The notes under the pieces: generated by a model | Database searches by the model: none | What the model saw: only the letters and a program-made list of their open reading frames with translations | Told to the model about the DNA's origin: nothing | DNA from: an uncultured Clostridia bacterium | GTDB taxonomy: Bacteria > Bacillota > Clostridia > Peptostreptococcales > Anaerovoracaceae | Reading direction: 5' to 3' | Assembly (NCBI GenBank): GCA_944388495.1 | Contig: CALXIZ010000117.1 | Location: 25,762-89,761, forward strand | DNA length: 64,000 bases | Position numbers and translations under genes: made by a program | Shown: piece after piece, positions 42,227 to 51,725 of the stretch | How positions within the stretch are numbered: the first letter of the stretch is position 1 | Layout: the number at the start of each line of letters is the position of its first letter

Positions 42227-42826
42227 ATGAAAAGAAACTGCGGAAAAATCCGGGTCTGCCTGGCGGCAGTACTGGCAGTGCTGATGTCTGTATCCCTGCT
42301 GTCTGCCTGCGGAGATAACAGTACAGGCCAAAGTGCAGGAAGTGAAGACAGCCCGCAGGAAAATATTTCTTTATCGAGGGAAGATTATATCGCTGAGGTA
42401 AATGAGATATGTGATGAAATCGTCACGGTTTCGGCCGGATATGAGGAGGATCTGAACAGCGGCGATGTATCAAAGGTGCTGGAAGCCACAAAATCGATGG
42501 TGAATGAAATCAGACCTCTGTATACGGAGCTCGGAGAACTGAAGGCTCCGGCTGAATTTGAGGAGCAGCAGAAGCAGATAAAAGACGGATGTGACGCTTC
42601 GGTGGAAGTTCTGGATCTTTCCGTCGAGCTGATGGAGATGGAAGGTTCGGAACAGGATCAGGAGAGAATTGAAACCATCAGTGCGAGAATAGCGGAACTG
42701 ACACCGCAGCTTTCCGATCTGAATACCGTGCTGAGCGAAGTGCGCACAGCAGATACAGCGGATACGGCGGATACAGCGGATACAGCGGATGAGACAGGTA
42801 CAGAGAATACCGGATCGGATGAATAA
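42227..42826 (+). CDS. Hypothetical helical lipoprotein with a C-terminal (TAD)n repeat
   Basis: A signal peptide plus lipobox (LLSAC) is followed by an acidic helical body and the tail TADTADTADTADTADE. Confidence 0.7.
   Translation: MKRNCGKIRVCLAAVLAVLMSVSLLSACGDNSTGQSAGSEDSPQENISLSREDYIAEVNEICDEIVTVSAGYEEDLNSGDVSKVLEATKSMVNEIRPLYTELGELKAPAEFEEQQKQIKDGCDASVEVLDLSVELMEMEGSEQDQERIETISARIAELTPQLSDLNTVLSEVRTADTADTADTADTADETGTENTGSDE
42746..42790 (+). repeat. 5 x 9-bp tandem repeat ACAGCNGAT encoding (TAD)5
   Basis: acagcagat acagcggat acggcggat acagcggat acagcggat. Confidence 0.8.
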
Positions 42827-43145
42827 AATATAAAATTTTACAGAATATTGAAAATCAGATGTGCATGGCGGTTTAAAGTTCCGTCATGCACATTTCTGTG
42901 TGGGGCGGGATGCGGTATTACAGAATCAGACAAGACACGGAGAGGTGTATCTCATAGAGCTCTTTTTGCGGTTTCTTTCTGCATTTTCTGTATTTTTTTG
43001 TATCGGTATATGGCCCTTCTGTTAAGAAAAAATCAAAAAGCCCGTATATTGCCGCTTATGTCCCTGATTTTCTTGTTTTTGAAGAAAGCAGGGAATATAA
43101 TGATAATAATCGTTTGATTTTCAGAAGATATCAGAGAAGCAGGCT

Positions 43146-43202
43146 TTGACCTGTATAATTATGTAAAATAAAATGGATGAATACCTGAGAGCGTGATATA
43201 AT
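43146..43202 (+). promoter_or_regulatory. Candidate promoters for soj-spo0J
   Basis: TTGACC-17 nt-TAAAAT lies at 43146-74, and an extended -10 TGATATAAT lies at 43194-202, both within an AT-rich spacer. Confidence 0.45.
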
Positions 43203-43272
43203 GTTACGATAATCATCATTGTGAAATCTGATTTCTCGGGGGAAATTTTACAGAAGATAAAGGAGCGGAATA

Positions 43273-44058
43273 TTGGGTAAGTCAATAGCGATTTTTAACC
43301 AGAAAGGCGGCGTCGGCAAGACGACTACGAATATAAATCTGGCGGCCTGTCTTGCGATCAAGGGCAGGAAGGTTTTGGTTCTCGATATTGATCCTCAGGG
43401 AAATACGACAAGCGGTCTGGGAATTTCAAAAAGAGGACTGGAGGACACGATGTACGAGGTTCTCATCGTCGACGGATACGACCCGAAAAAAGCGATTCGA
43501 AATACGGTAGTGAAAGGTCTTGATATCATTCCGGCCAGCGTGGAACTCGCCGGCGCCGAAGTGGAGATGGTTCAGCTTGAGGGAAGAGAAAAGCGCCTCA
43601 AAAAAGCGCTTGATAAAATCCGCGATCTGTACGACTATATTTTTGTCGATTGTCCTCCTTCTCTGGGCCTTCTTACGATCAATTCCCTGACGGCGGTGGA
43701 CAGCGTCCTGATTCCGATTCAGTGTGAATTTTATGCTCTGGAAGGCGTGAGCCAGCTTATGAGTACCATCGAGCTTGTCAGAAAGAGTATGAATAAGAAT
43801 CTGGAAATCCAGGGCGTTATTCTCAGCATGTTTGACGGAAGGACAAATCTTTCGATTCAGGTGGTGGAAGAAGTGAAAAGGTACTTCAGACAAAAAGTAT
43901 ATACTACTGTGATACCGAGAAATGTCCGTCTGGCGGAAGCTCCGAGCTACGGTCTTCCGATTATGGAATACGATCCGAAATCGAACGGTGCGCGGGCGTA
44001 TATGGAGTTTGCTGAAGAATTTCTCGCACTGGAAAAAGCAAAAGAAAAGAGGAAGTAG
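43273..44058 (+). CDS. soj: ParA-family chromosome partitioning ATPase Soj
   Basis: TTG start 8 nt after AAAGGAG. The product begins GKSIAIFNQKGGVGKTTTNINLAA (deviant Walker A). Confidence 0.93.
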   Translation: MGKSIAIFNQKGGVGKTTTNINLAACLAIKGRKVLVLDIDPQGNTTSGLGISKRGLEDTMYEVLIVDGYDPKKAIRNTVVKGLDIIPASVELAGAEVEMVQLEGREKRLKKALDKIRDLYDYIFVDCPPSLGLLTINSLTAVDSVLIPIQCEFYALEGVSQLMSTIELVRKSMNKNLEIQGVILSMFDGRTNLSIQVVEEVKRYFRQKVYTTVIPRNVRLAEAPSYGLPIMEYDPKSNGARAYMEFAEEFLALEKAKEKRK

Positions 44059-44061
44059 AGA

Positions 44062-44979
44062 ATGGCCGCAAAAAAATCCGGAGGTCTCGGCAGGGGGCTG
44101 GGGGCTCTTTTTGAGGATACTTTGATTGCAAAAAAGGTTTCGGTAAATGACAGTGAAGCTGTATACGGGGAAAGGGCCGCCTCTTCGGATTCCGTAAATT
44201 ACGTCGATATCGATGAAATAAGACCGAATCCTTCTCAGCCGAGAAAACAGTTTGACGAAGCAAAAATTTCCGATCTGTCGGAATCGATCAGAATGCACGG
44301 TATGATTCAGCCGATTATCGTCCGCCCCGCCGCATCCGGAGAAGGATATGAAATTGTGGCGGGCGAGAGAAGATGGAGAGCCGCGCGCGGCGCCGATCTG
44401 CGAAAGGTTCCGTGCCTTGTCAGAAATCTGACCGATCGGGAAAATATGCTGATTTCGATTATCGAAAATATGCAGCGGGAGGACCTGAATCCGATCGAAG
44501 AGGCGCTGGCCTTTCACGAAATGGCGGAATCTTATCAGCTTACACAGGCTGAAATAGCGCAGAGCGTGGGAAAGAGCAGACCTTATGTGGCGAATGCCGT
44601 CAGATTACTGAAGCTTCCGGATTCTGTTCAGAATCTTGTGAAAGAAGGGAGACTGAGCGGAGCTCATGCCAGAACGATCGCCGGTGTGGAGGATACGGAA
44701 CTTCAGACAGAGCTGGCAGAGATGGCAAAGGACGGAGCCGTTTCCGTCAGAACTCTGGAAAAGATCGCAGCGGAGGCAGCCGGAAACCGAAAGAAAAAGA
44801 AACGCAGGCCTGCCGCAAAAAAACCGGAAATCGTGGCGATAGAAAGTGAATTGAAAGATGTTTTCGGAACGAGAGTGACGCTTCCGCGTTCTGTCGATAA
44901 GGGAAAGATCGAGATATCATTTTATTCACACGAAGAACTGGAAAGACTGATAGAAATGCTGAAATCTGTGAGAAGGTGA
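44062..44979 (+). CDS. spo0J: Chromosome partitioning protein ParB/Spo0J
   Basis: 305 aa with IRPNPSQPRKQFDEAKISDLSESIRMHGMIQPIIV and EIVAGERRWRAA. Confidence 0.93.
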   Translation: MAAKKSGGLGRGLGALFEDTLIAKKVSVNDSEAVYGERAASSDSVNYVDIDEIRPNPSQPRKQFDEAKISDLSESIRMHGMIQPIIVRPAASGEGYEIVAGERRWRAARGADLRKVPCLVRNLTDRENMLISIIENMQREDLNPIEEALAFHEMAESYQLTQAEIAQSVGKSRPYVANAVRLLKLPDSVQNLVKEGRLSGAHARTIAGVEDTELQTELAEMAKDGAVSVRTLEKIAAEAAGNRKKKKRRPAAKKPEIVAIESELKDVFGTRVTLPRSVDKGKIEISFYSHEELERLIEMLKSVRR

Positions 44980-45050
44980 GCGGGGCGGAGAAAAAGAATG
45001 AGAACTGTTTTGCTGCCTGTGAAAAAAGAGAATAAAGAAGAGAGTATTCG

Positions 45051-45089
45051 CCGGGCATGTTTCATGTGAAACATGCCCGGTGTTTTTTT
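45051..45089 (+). terminator. Intrinsic terminator after spo0J
   Basis: CCGGGCATGTTTCA-tg-TGAAACATGCCCGG (14-bp perfect arms) followed by TGTTTTTTT. Confidence 0.75.
45058..45073. other. parS-like site TGTTTCATGTGAAACA (15 of 16 matches to TGTTNCACGTGAAACA)
   Basis: It is embedded in the terminator hairpin immediately 3' of spo0J, with a single central mismatch (T for C). Confidence 0.55.
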
Positions 45090-45323
45090 GCACCGGCAAA
45101 AATTTTTGCCGAAGAGTCTGTGCACAGAATGCTTTTTTGATCTGTTCTGTTTTTCATGCGTATCTGTCCGAAAACCGCATTCCTCATATCTGTGTCATCT
45201 CATATGTATCAGGAGCCGCTGTCTGCCGGGGTACAAAAAGGAAGTACGGTACATATTATGGGAGAGGAAACAGACGATGTGAAGGGAAAAGAAATGACAG
45301 AACAGCGGAAAGGCGGTATAAAT

Positions 45324-46511
45324 ATGATATATCTCGATAATGCGGCGACGAGCTTTCCGAAACCGGCTTCGGTTACAGATGCGGTGACGGAATGCATGAC
45401 GGAATGGTGTGCCAATCCCGGACGTTCCGGACATGAAATGGCGATGAAATCGGCAGAGGCGGTGTATAGGGCGAGGATAGAGGCTGCGGGTCTGATCGGA
45501 GCCGGGCCGGATGAGATTGTCTTTACACAGAACTGTACCGGAGCTCTCAATATCGCTCTGCACGGTGTGCTGAGACCCGGAGACCATGTCGTTACGACGA
45601 TGATGGAACACAATTCCGTCCTCCGTCCTCTGAATGCGATGAGAAGATACGGTGTGAAAACCACTGTTGTAAGATGCGGGCCGGACGGCCGGCTGTCTGC
45701 GGAATCCGTGCGCAGAGCCTGCAGAGATAATACCCGTATGATCGTATGCACGATGGCGTCAAATGTGACAGGAACCGTTATGCCGACAGAAGAGATCGGC
45801 GAAATTGCCGCTGAAAAAAGGATTCTCTTTCTCGCGGACGGGTCACAGGCGGCAGGCGTTCTGGAGACAGATGTGGAAAGCATGAAAGCGGATTTTCTGG
45901 CTGTCAGCGGCCATAAGTCGCTGATGGGGCCGCAGGGAACAGGATTTCTGTATATCAGACACGGAACGCCTGTCTTTTCGGTGACAGAGGGAGGGACGGG
46001 TTCTGAGTCGGAAAGTATAGTTCAGCCGCAGACTGTACCGGAGGGGATGGAGGCCGGAACTCTGAATGTACCCGGGATAACCGGGCTGGCGGAAGGTATC
46101 CGTTTTGTGAAGAAGACAGGACTGCCGGAGATCAGAAAAAAAGAGGAAAACCTGATCGGATATCTCAGTTCGATGCTGGAAGGCAGAAAAAATATCATTT
46201 CATACGGACCGGAGAAATCCGAGCAAAAAGTAGGGATTTTTGCCTTTAATATCAGAGGCATGAACAGCGAAACGACAGCGGAAATTCTCGACCGGCAGTA
46301 CGGGATTGCTGTTCGCGCCGGATTTCACTGCGCGCCGTTTGCTCACAGAGCGATCGGTACGCAAAACAGCGGCTGCGTCAGGATTTCTGTCGGCATGTTT
46401 AATACGGAAAAAGAAATCTCAGACGCCGCGGAAGCGATTCTGGATATCGCGGAAATCGCTGAAAAAAGAAAAAACAGTGTAAAGATTTCAGATAAAAATA
46501 TGGTATACTGA
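45324..46511 (+). CDS. Class V aminotransferase-fold enzyme, cysteine desulfurase-like
   Basis: MIYLDNAATSFPKP..., PLP-lysine motif SGHKSLMGPQG, and RAGFHCAP near the C-terminus. An alternative start lies at 45294. Confidence 0.8.
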   Translation: MIYLDNAATSFPKPASVTDAVTECMTEWCANPGRSGHEMAMKSAEAVYRARIEAAGLIGAGPDEIVFTQNCTGALNIALHGVLRPGDHVVTTMMEHNSVLRPLNAMRRYGVKTTVVRCGPDGRLSAESVRRACRDNTRMIVCTMASNVTGTVMPTEEIGEIAAEKRILFLADGSQAAGVLETDVESMKADFLAVSGHKSLMGPQGTGFLYIRHGTPVFSVTEGGTGSESESIVQPQTVPEGMEAGTLNVPGITGLAEGIRFVKKTGLPEIRKKEENLIGYLSSMLEGRKNIISYGPEKSEQKVGIFAFNIRGMNSETTAEILDRQYGIAVRAGFHCAPFAHRAIGTQNSGCVRISVGMFNTEKEISDAAEAILDIAEIAEKRKNSVKISDKNMVY

Positions 46512-46569
46512 AAAAATAAAGACTGAAAAAGAAAGCGGAACGAAGCAAAAAGAGCGGAAAACGGAGGAT

Positions 46570-47577
46570 ATGAAATTGTATATGCGGAAAATACAGAAAT
46601 CTCACACAGAACATGTCAGAGCACTTTTCGGATATCTGTCCGTCTGTATTGTGGTTGCCGTAATGGCGGGAGCTTCGGATCTTTTTGAGGAACGTGAAAT
46701 CATATTTCCTGAGATTGCCGCCCTGGCGACGGGGATGCTGGCGGTGAGAAATCAGAGCTGGCAGGTGAGCAGGAAGCGCATGATTTCCGCGATCGCCTGT
46801 GCCTCCGCAGCCGGAACGATACTGGCAAAAATGACATTGTCAGCGGATATTTCTATGTGGGCAGCGGTCGCGGCTGCCTACGCGGCGGGCCAGCTGCTGT
46901 TCTTTTTCTCAAAAACGGATTTCGCTCCCGTGATTTCCGCAGCGGCCATGCCGGTCATTCTCGGAACGGACAGCTGGATATATCCTCTGTCGGCTGTCGC
47001 GATGACGTCTGTGACAGCGCTGATTCAGAAAGGATCGGAAAAAGCCGGGCTGAGACGGGCTGAAAAATTTCAGCTTCTGCCGCTGCCGGGAAAAGAAGAA
47101 TGGATAAAAGCGGTTATCCGTATTCTGTGCGCGGCGGTGCTGACTGCCGCGGCGTCGGCGGCAGGATGCCGTTTCTGTATCGCGCCGCCGCTGCTCGTCG
47201 TCTTTACGGAGATGACACGCCGGACGTTTCCGGGAAGAAAGGAGAGGCTGAAGAGCGCGGCAAGATCGATACTTATTATCTTTTTCTGCGCTCTTTTTGG
47301 TGCTGTTTCACGTGAAATTCTGGTGGAGACGGCTGGTCTGCCTGTGACGGCGGCATCAGTTTCCGCAGCGGTTCTCTGTATGGCACTGATGTCACTGTCC
47401 CGCTTTTTCTTTCCTCCGGCAGCCGCTCTGGCGATTCTGCCGATGATCATTCCGCAGGAACATGTGATAAGCTATCCGTTTCAGGTATGCTTCGGCGGCG
47501 CCGTTTTTGCCGCCGCTGCTTTTGTCATCGGTGAACTGTCTGCGCGATTCAGCCGTTTCCGTTCAAAAATTTCATGA
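46570..47577 (+). CDS. Polytopic membrane protein, possibly HPP family
   Basis: 335 aa, Ala/Leu-rich with 8 or more hydrophobic segments. The family call is weak. Confidence 0.55.
   Translation: MKLYMRKIQKSHTEHVRALFGYLSVCIVVAVMAGASDLFEEREIIFPEIAALATGMLAVRNQSWQVSRKRMISAIACASAAGTILAKMTLSADISMWAAVAAAYAAGQLLFFFSKTDFAPVISAAAMPVILGTDSWIYPLSAVAMTSVTALIQKGSEKAGLRRAEKFQLLPLPGKEEWIKAVIRILCAAVLTAAASAAGCRFCIAPPLLVVFTEMTRRTFPGRKERLKSAARSILIIFFCALFGAVSREILVETAGLPVTAASVSAAVLCMALMSLSRFFFPPAAALAILPMIIPQEHVISYPFQVCFGGAVFAAAAFVIGELSARFSRFRSKIS
47304..47319. other. Second parS-like sequence TGTTTCACGTGAAATT (14 of 16 matches)
   Basis: The core TTTCACGTGAAA is perfect and the mismatches are at the last two positions. 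It lies inside the membrane-protein CDS. Confidence 0.35.
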
Positions 47578-48409
47578 GACTGTCGAAATGAATCTGCGCG
47601 TCGGAATAGCCGAGTTCATACAGGTCTCTCAGCTTGTCCAGATTTTTTTCCACGCGTCCCGCCTGAGGTCTGACGCTCGGTCTGATGATAAAGGCTCTTC
47701 CGGCTTTTTCCTCCTGCTGTGCCAGTTCCAGTGACCGGTTGTAGCGGATATGTCTCGTTTTCTGCGCCCGTACGAGTCCCGGTGCGCTTTTCCGGTAGAC
47801 GCGGCTTATGAGATGATTCACTTTCGACTTTTTCTTTTTGTATCCTTTTTCACGTGTGAGAATGAGGACGTTTTTCCGGTTGCCCGCCCGGATGGATTCG
47901 GCGAGAGGAATGGAATCAGAGATTCCGCCGTCGAGATAATCATTTCCGTCGATATGCACCGTTCTGGCGAGGAGAGGCAGAGAAGCGGAAGCGCGGATTT
48001 TGATCATATCGCCGTGAAGATCGCCGATCCTCAGATAAGCCGCCTCTCCCGTTATGCAGTCTGTGACGACGGAGAAAAGTTCTCCGTCATACGCTGCCGC
48101 CTGTTCGTAATCGAACGGAACGTAACGGTTCGGTATCAGATCATAAATCATCTCGACGCCGAAGAGATCTCCTGTCCTGCGCAGGCTTTTCAGGCTGCAG
48201 TAGCGTTTGTCGTTCAGATATTTTTCAAAAATCTCGAAGGCGCGTCCGCGCTGTTTTGAGATATAGCTGCAGGCATGACACGCGCCTGCGGAAACACCGT
48301 AAATATGGCGGAAGTAGATATCGCGGTCCATAAAGAAATCGAGCACGCCTGTCGTATACGTCGCACGCATGCCGCCGCCTTCCAGAATCAGTCCTGTATC
48401 ATATGTCAT
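47549..48409 (-). CDS. Patatin-like phospholipase
   Basis: 286 aa with LEGGGMRATYTTGVLD (oxyanion GGG), GVSAGA (GxSxG) and DGG in the C-terminal half. Confidence 0.85.
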   Translation of the reverse strand: MTYDTGLILEGGGMRATYTTGVLDFFMDRDIYFRHIYGVSAGACHACSYISKQRGRAFEIFEKYLNDKRYCSLKSLRRTGDLFGVEMIYDLIPNRYVPFDYEQAAAYDGELFSVVTDCITGEAAYLRIGDLHGDMIKIRASASLPLLARTVHIDGNDYLDGGISDSIPLAESIRAGNRKNVLILTREKGYKKKKSKVNHLISRVYRKSAPGLVRAQKTRHIRYNRSLELAQQEEKAGRAFIIRPSVRPQAGRVEKNLDKLRDLYELGYSDAQIHFDSLMKFLNGNG

Positions 48410-48435
48410 GATATATCACTTTCCTTTCCGCACTT

Positions 48436-48993
48436 TCATGCTTTTTTGCCCGTCCGGTACGGAGCCATGCCTTCATTGGCAAGTTCATCGGCGCGGTTAT
48501 TCATCCGGGTGATATAGATGAAATCATCCATGGAAAACTGCGTTCCGTTCCATTCGGTAAATTTCCGGTACAGCTTTTCAAGTCCGGCGTTCGGACTGTC
48601 GGGATTGACATGTCCCTTGACACGGTAAAAGCGGATTTCGTGCCCGGAGGTCAGCTCCAGGAGTCTGCGCCAGAGCTCCTGATTTTCAACCGGAGTTTTT
48701 TTTGCCGTCTTCCATCCGTTTTTCTGCCAGGAGACATACCATTTTTTCCGGAAGCATTCCATGAGGTAGGAGCTGTCGGAAAAGACATCGATGACCTGAT
48801 TGTCTTTTCTGAGAGCAGACAGCGCTTCGATCAGCGCTGTCATTTCCATCCGGTTATTCGTGGTATCCGCTTCGCCGCCGCACAGCTCTTTTCTGGCCTG
48901 TCCGTATTCCAGAACGGCTCCCCAGCCGCCTGCGTTTTTTTCATTCTGATTGCCGGAACAGGCGCCGTCGGTATAGATTTTCAGTACCGCCAT
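48436..48993 (-). CDS. rnhA: Ribonuclease HI
   Basis: The internal ATG after AGAAAGGA gives MAVLKIYTDGACSGNQ...TTNNRMEMTALIEAL...VFSDSSY. Confidence 0.85.
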   Translation of the reverse strand: MAVLKIYTDGACSGNQNEKNAGGWGAVLEYGQARKELCGGEADTTNNRMEMTALIEALSALRKDNQVIDVFSDSSYLMECFRKKWYVSWQKNGWKTAKKTPVENQELWRRLLELTSGHEIRFYRVKGHVNPDSPNAGLEKLYRKFTEWNGTQFSMDDFIYITRMNNRADELANEGMAPYRTGKKA

Positions 48994-49452
48994 AACATTT
49001 TTCCTTTCTGTTTTCCGGGAGACTGACGTATACAATCCGAATCCGCAAAATCCGCAGAATCCGTGTCCCGTATCGCAGACAGCCGCCGTAAATTTCTGTA
49101 CCGGATCGATCGGCAGAAAATCGAAATAATATACAGAAATAACGTATTTTCCCATATTATCTGATATAATATTATATGGAAAACGGAACGTAAAAATCAA
49201 GAATTTTCGGGAGACGGACTTTGTAAATATATATTAAACGCGTCGTAATCGTTCTGTAACATGGAAAGATTATACTGAGATTGTATATTAGCAGTATTGT
49301 CTTTATATATATACACAAGATATGGTATGGTGCCCGTACGGGATGCCGTGGAAAAGAGATATTCCGCAGGTCACAGGGGACGGAATGGCAGACATCGCAG
49401 TCACGGGATACCGTTTCTTATTTATCGATCATTTGAGAAAGGAGCTGCGATA

Positions 49453-49932
49453 GTGAGCAGAAGAAAGGCTCTTATAGCTTTGGCCGTCATATTCTGTCTG
49501 GTTTTCAGCAGCGTGCCGGCATTTGCGGCCACCTCGCTTGCCAAGGATCCCTATATTACTGTGGTGAGCCCGACAAAAAATGCCGTCATGAAGACAGGTT
49601 CCGTGCTGGTATCAGTCAAGATGACTGCACCGAGAACGATACGCATGTCATTTTATGAAGAGACGAAATCAGCCCGCAGGCTGATAAAGACGGAGAAATT
49701 CTCTTCATCCAGGTCGCTCAGCTATTACACGCGTCAGCTGACGGGACTGGATCCGGGCGTATATTGCGTCAATATCTCCACGCTGAATTCCGCAGGCAGG
49801 GCGATATACGCCAGCGAGATTTACGTCAAGGTACAGAAGCGGACATCGGACAGTGTGAAGGTGGATGTGTTCAATTCCCAGAATTCATCGAGTTCGTTCT
49901 GGGCGACACTGCTGAAAAAGCTGCTCGGATAG
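49453..49932 (+). CDS. Hypothetical secreted protein, probably a beta-sandwich
   Basis: GTG start after GAAAGGAG. The signal peptide is RRKALIALAVIFCLVFSSVPAFA|AT. I recognise no family. Confidence 0.6.
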   Translation: MSRRKALIALAVIFCLVFSSVPAFAATSLAKDPYITVVSPTKNAVMKTGSVLVSVKMTAPRTIRMSFYEETKSARRLIKTEKFSSSRSLSYYTRQLTGLDPGVYCVNISTLNSAGRAIYASEIYVKVQKRTSDSVKVDVFNSQNSSSSFWATLLKKLLG

Positions 49933-50232
49933 CGGGACAGAAAAACGCGGCGCGGCGGACGGCAGCCCGTCCGGTGCGAAAGACGGGGTCCGGCCGGAGC
50001 GAAAGGAAAGAGACAGGGGTACGGCATGCTGCCGTACCTTTGCTGTATAAAGATAAGCGCGCGCCGTGCGCGGATATGTTTTTTGCATGAAGAGCCGTAC
50101 GCATTGTGCTGTGCGGATGTGTTTTTGAAATGAGGCTGCCGCAATCCCACCGGCTTTAGACAATGGGTAGTTCACCTGACAGAGCCGCGCGGGATGTGCG
50201 GGTATATTTCCGAAAGACAGAGGATTTCCGAT

Positions 50233-51723
50233 ATGTTGCGACGCATCGAAAAGAAATATATAGAGCGGATAAAAAATGTTCTGATAGTAGTATTGTTTCT
50301 GACGGCAGTACTGCTTTTGTCTTTTTTTTGGCAGGATGCTGTCTCTCTAAGGGATCTGACGCCGATCATCATGGATGAGGAGAACAGTTATATACCGGAG
50401 GCGGATGATCTGGTACGGCCGAGGTATATTCTGTTTAATTACGGAACCGATATCTATACGCTTTTCGCGGCCGACGAGCCTCACGAAAGCGGAACGATAT
50501 ATGACGAGGTAAAATCCATCGCTGCGGAATATATCGGCAGCGCTTATACAAGTGAGCAGATCGAAGCATCTCAGTATCAGGAAGTGATGTCTTACGCTTC
50601 CGTCGTCATGCGTTTTGATTACAATATACCGCTGCTCGAATATCTGGAGCAGAATGACATCGAATCTTCCATCGATCTGAGCGATATTCCCGGAATGACG
50701 AGCATCGGTTTTTCGAGTGCGAGCAGCGAAAACCTTTTTTTTGTAAACCGTCAGACGAATACTTATTACCGGATTGTCGTGGATGACGAGGAAAAAATAT
50801 CAGAGCTGTCAGGCCGGATTTCAGAGCTGATCGCGGAAAAGGAGAGCAGCGATTATATTCCGTATTACAATATGTCGGATATTACGGGAGTTGAAAATGA
50901 TGCACTGATGCCTCTGTATATGTCTTCCGAAGCGGTTTCCGTATCCGGAAACAGAGAATTTTCCATCGAAAACGAAGAGGAACTGAGCCGGACCGCATCA
51001 GGCTTTTTCTCTTCCGGTCTGGATTTTGTGCGTAAAATCACAGAAAACAAAGGGGCGGTTCTCTATATGTACGGAACCAGTCAGTCTCTCATCATCAACG
51101 AAGACGGAAGTCTTGAATACAGTGAGAATGTGGAAAATTATCCGCATGTCTCTTCCGATTTTTACGGCTCGCTCGATACGGCGACGGAATATATCGCCAC
51201 TCACGGAGGATGGGAGAATATATACGGCAGCGGATATGTTCCTTATCTGAAGGATGCTCACACCATCACGAACGGAGAGAGCACAGGTTATCATTTTGAA
51301 TTCGGACTGGAATATGACGGCGCCGAAGTTCAGTATACGGAGGGAGAGCTTCTTTCCGCGGATGTTTACGGTTCTCAGGTGACGTCTTACAGGCGTGATC
51401 TTCTGATCCTGCCGGAAAAAGAGCAGAATGAAGAGGAAAATATGCAGGAGGATGAGCAGAACGGCGATGAATGGTATGCCATGGCGCCGATCGATGTCCT
51501 TACGAACAATTACGAAAAAATCTGCAGAATCGTGAGTATCGGAAGTTTTGAGGAAATGACGGCGGATGTCAGCAGTATCCGTTTCTGCTGTATGCGCGAC
51601 AGAGAAAATGATCCGTTGAAAATCAGACCGGCCTGGCGTATCATAATGAGCGACGGCCATCAGCTGTGGTTTGATGCGGAGAGCGGAAGACTTCTGCATC
51701 ATAAGCCGGCGGAGGTGAACTGA
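50233..51723 (+). CDS. yycH: YycH-like extracytoplasmic regulatory protein
   Basis: The N-terminal anchor ERIKNVLIVVLFLTAVLLLSFFW resembles YycH. It has a large extracellular body and sits directly upstream of yycI and yycJ homologues. Confidence 0.6.
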   Translation: MLRRIEKKYIERIKNVLIVVLFLTAVLLLSFFWQDAVSLRDLTPIIMDEENSYIPEADDLVRPRYILFNYGTDIYTLFAADEPHESGTIYDEVKSIAAEYIGSAYTSEQIEASQYQEVMSYASVVMRFDYNIPLLEYLEQNDIESSIDLSDIPGMTSIGFSSASSENLFFVNRQTNTYYRIVVDDEEKISELSGRISELIAEKESSDYIPYYNMSDITGVENDALMPLYMSSEAVSVSGNREFSIENEEELSRTASGFFSSGLDFVRKITENKGAVLYMYGTSQSLIINEDGSLEYSENVENYPHVSSDFYGSLDTATEYIATHGGWENIYGSGYVPYLKDAHTITNGESTGYHFEFGLEYDGAEVQYTEGELLSADVYGSQVTSYRRDLLILPEKEQNEEENMQEDEQNGDEWYAMAPIDVLTNNYEKICRIVSIGSFEEMTADVSSIRFCCMRDRENDPLKIRPAWRIIMSDGHQLWFDAESGRLLHHKPAEVN

Positions 51724-51725
51724 GC

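Noticed and set aside
42848-43117. 89-aa ORF in the noc-soj spacer
   Set aside because: It has a non-ATG start and no RBS. It spans the lipoprotein terminator and AT-rich promoter DNA, and the hydrophobic product is explained by T-rich sequence.
49300-49452. Possible c-di-GMP or other riboswitch upstream of the secreted-protein gene
   Set aside because: Hairpins are present (CCCGTACGGG, plus the repeated GTCACAGGGGAC and GTCACGGGATAC). I could not find the conserved GEMM-I/II cores (GGCAAA, ACGCAAAGC) or any other riboswitch signature.
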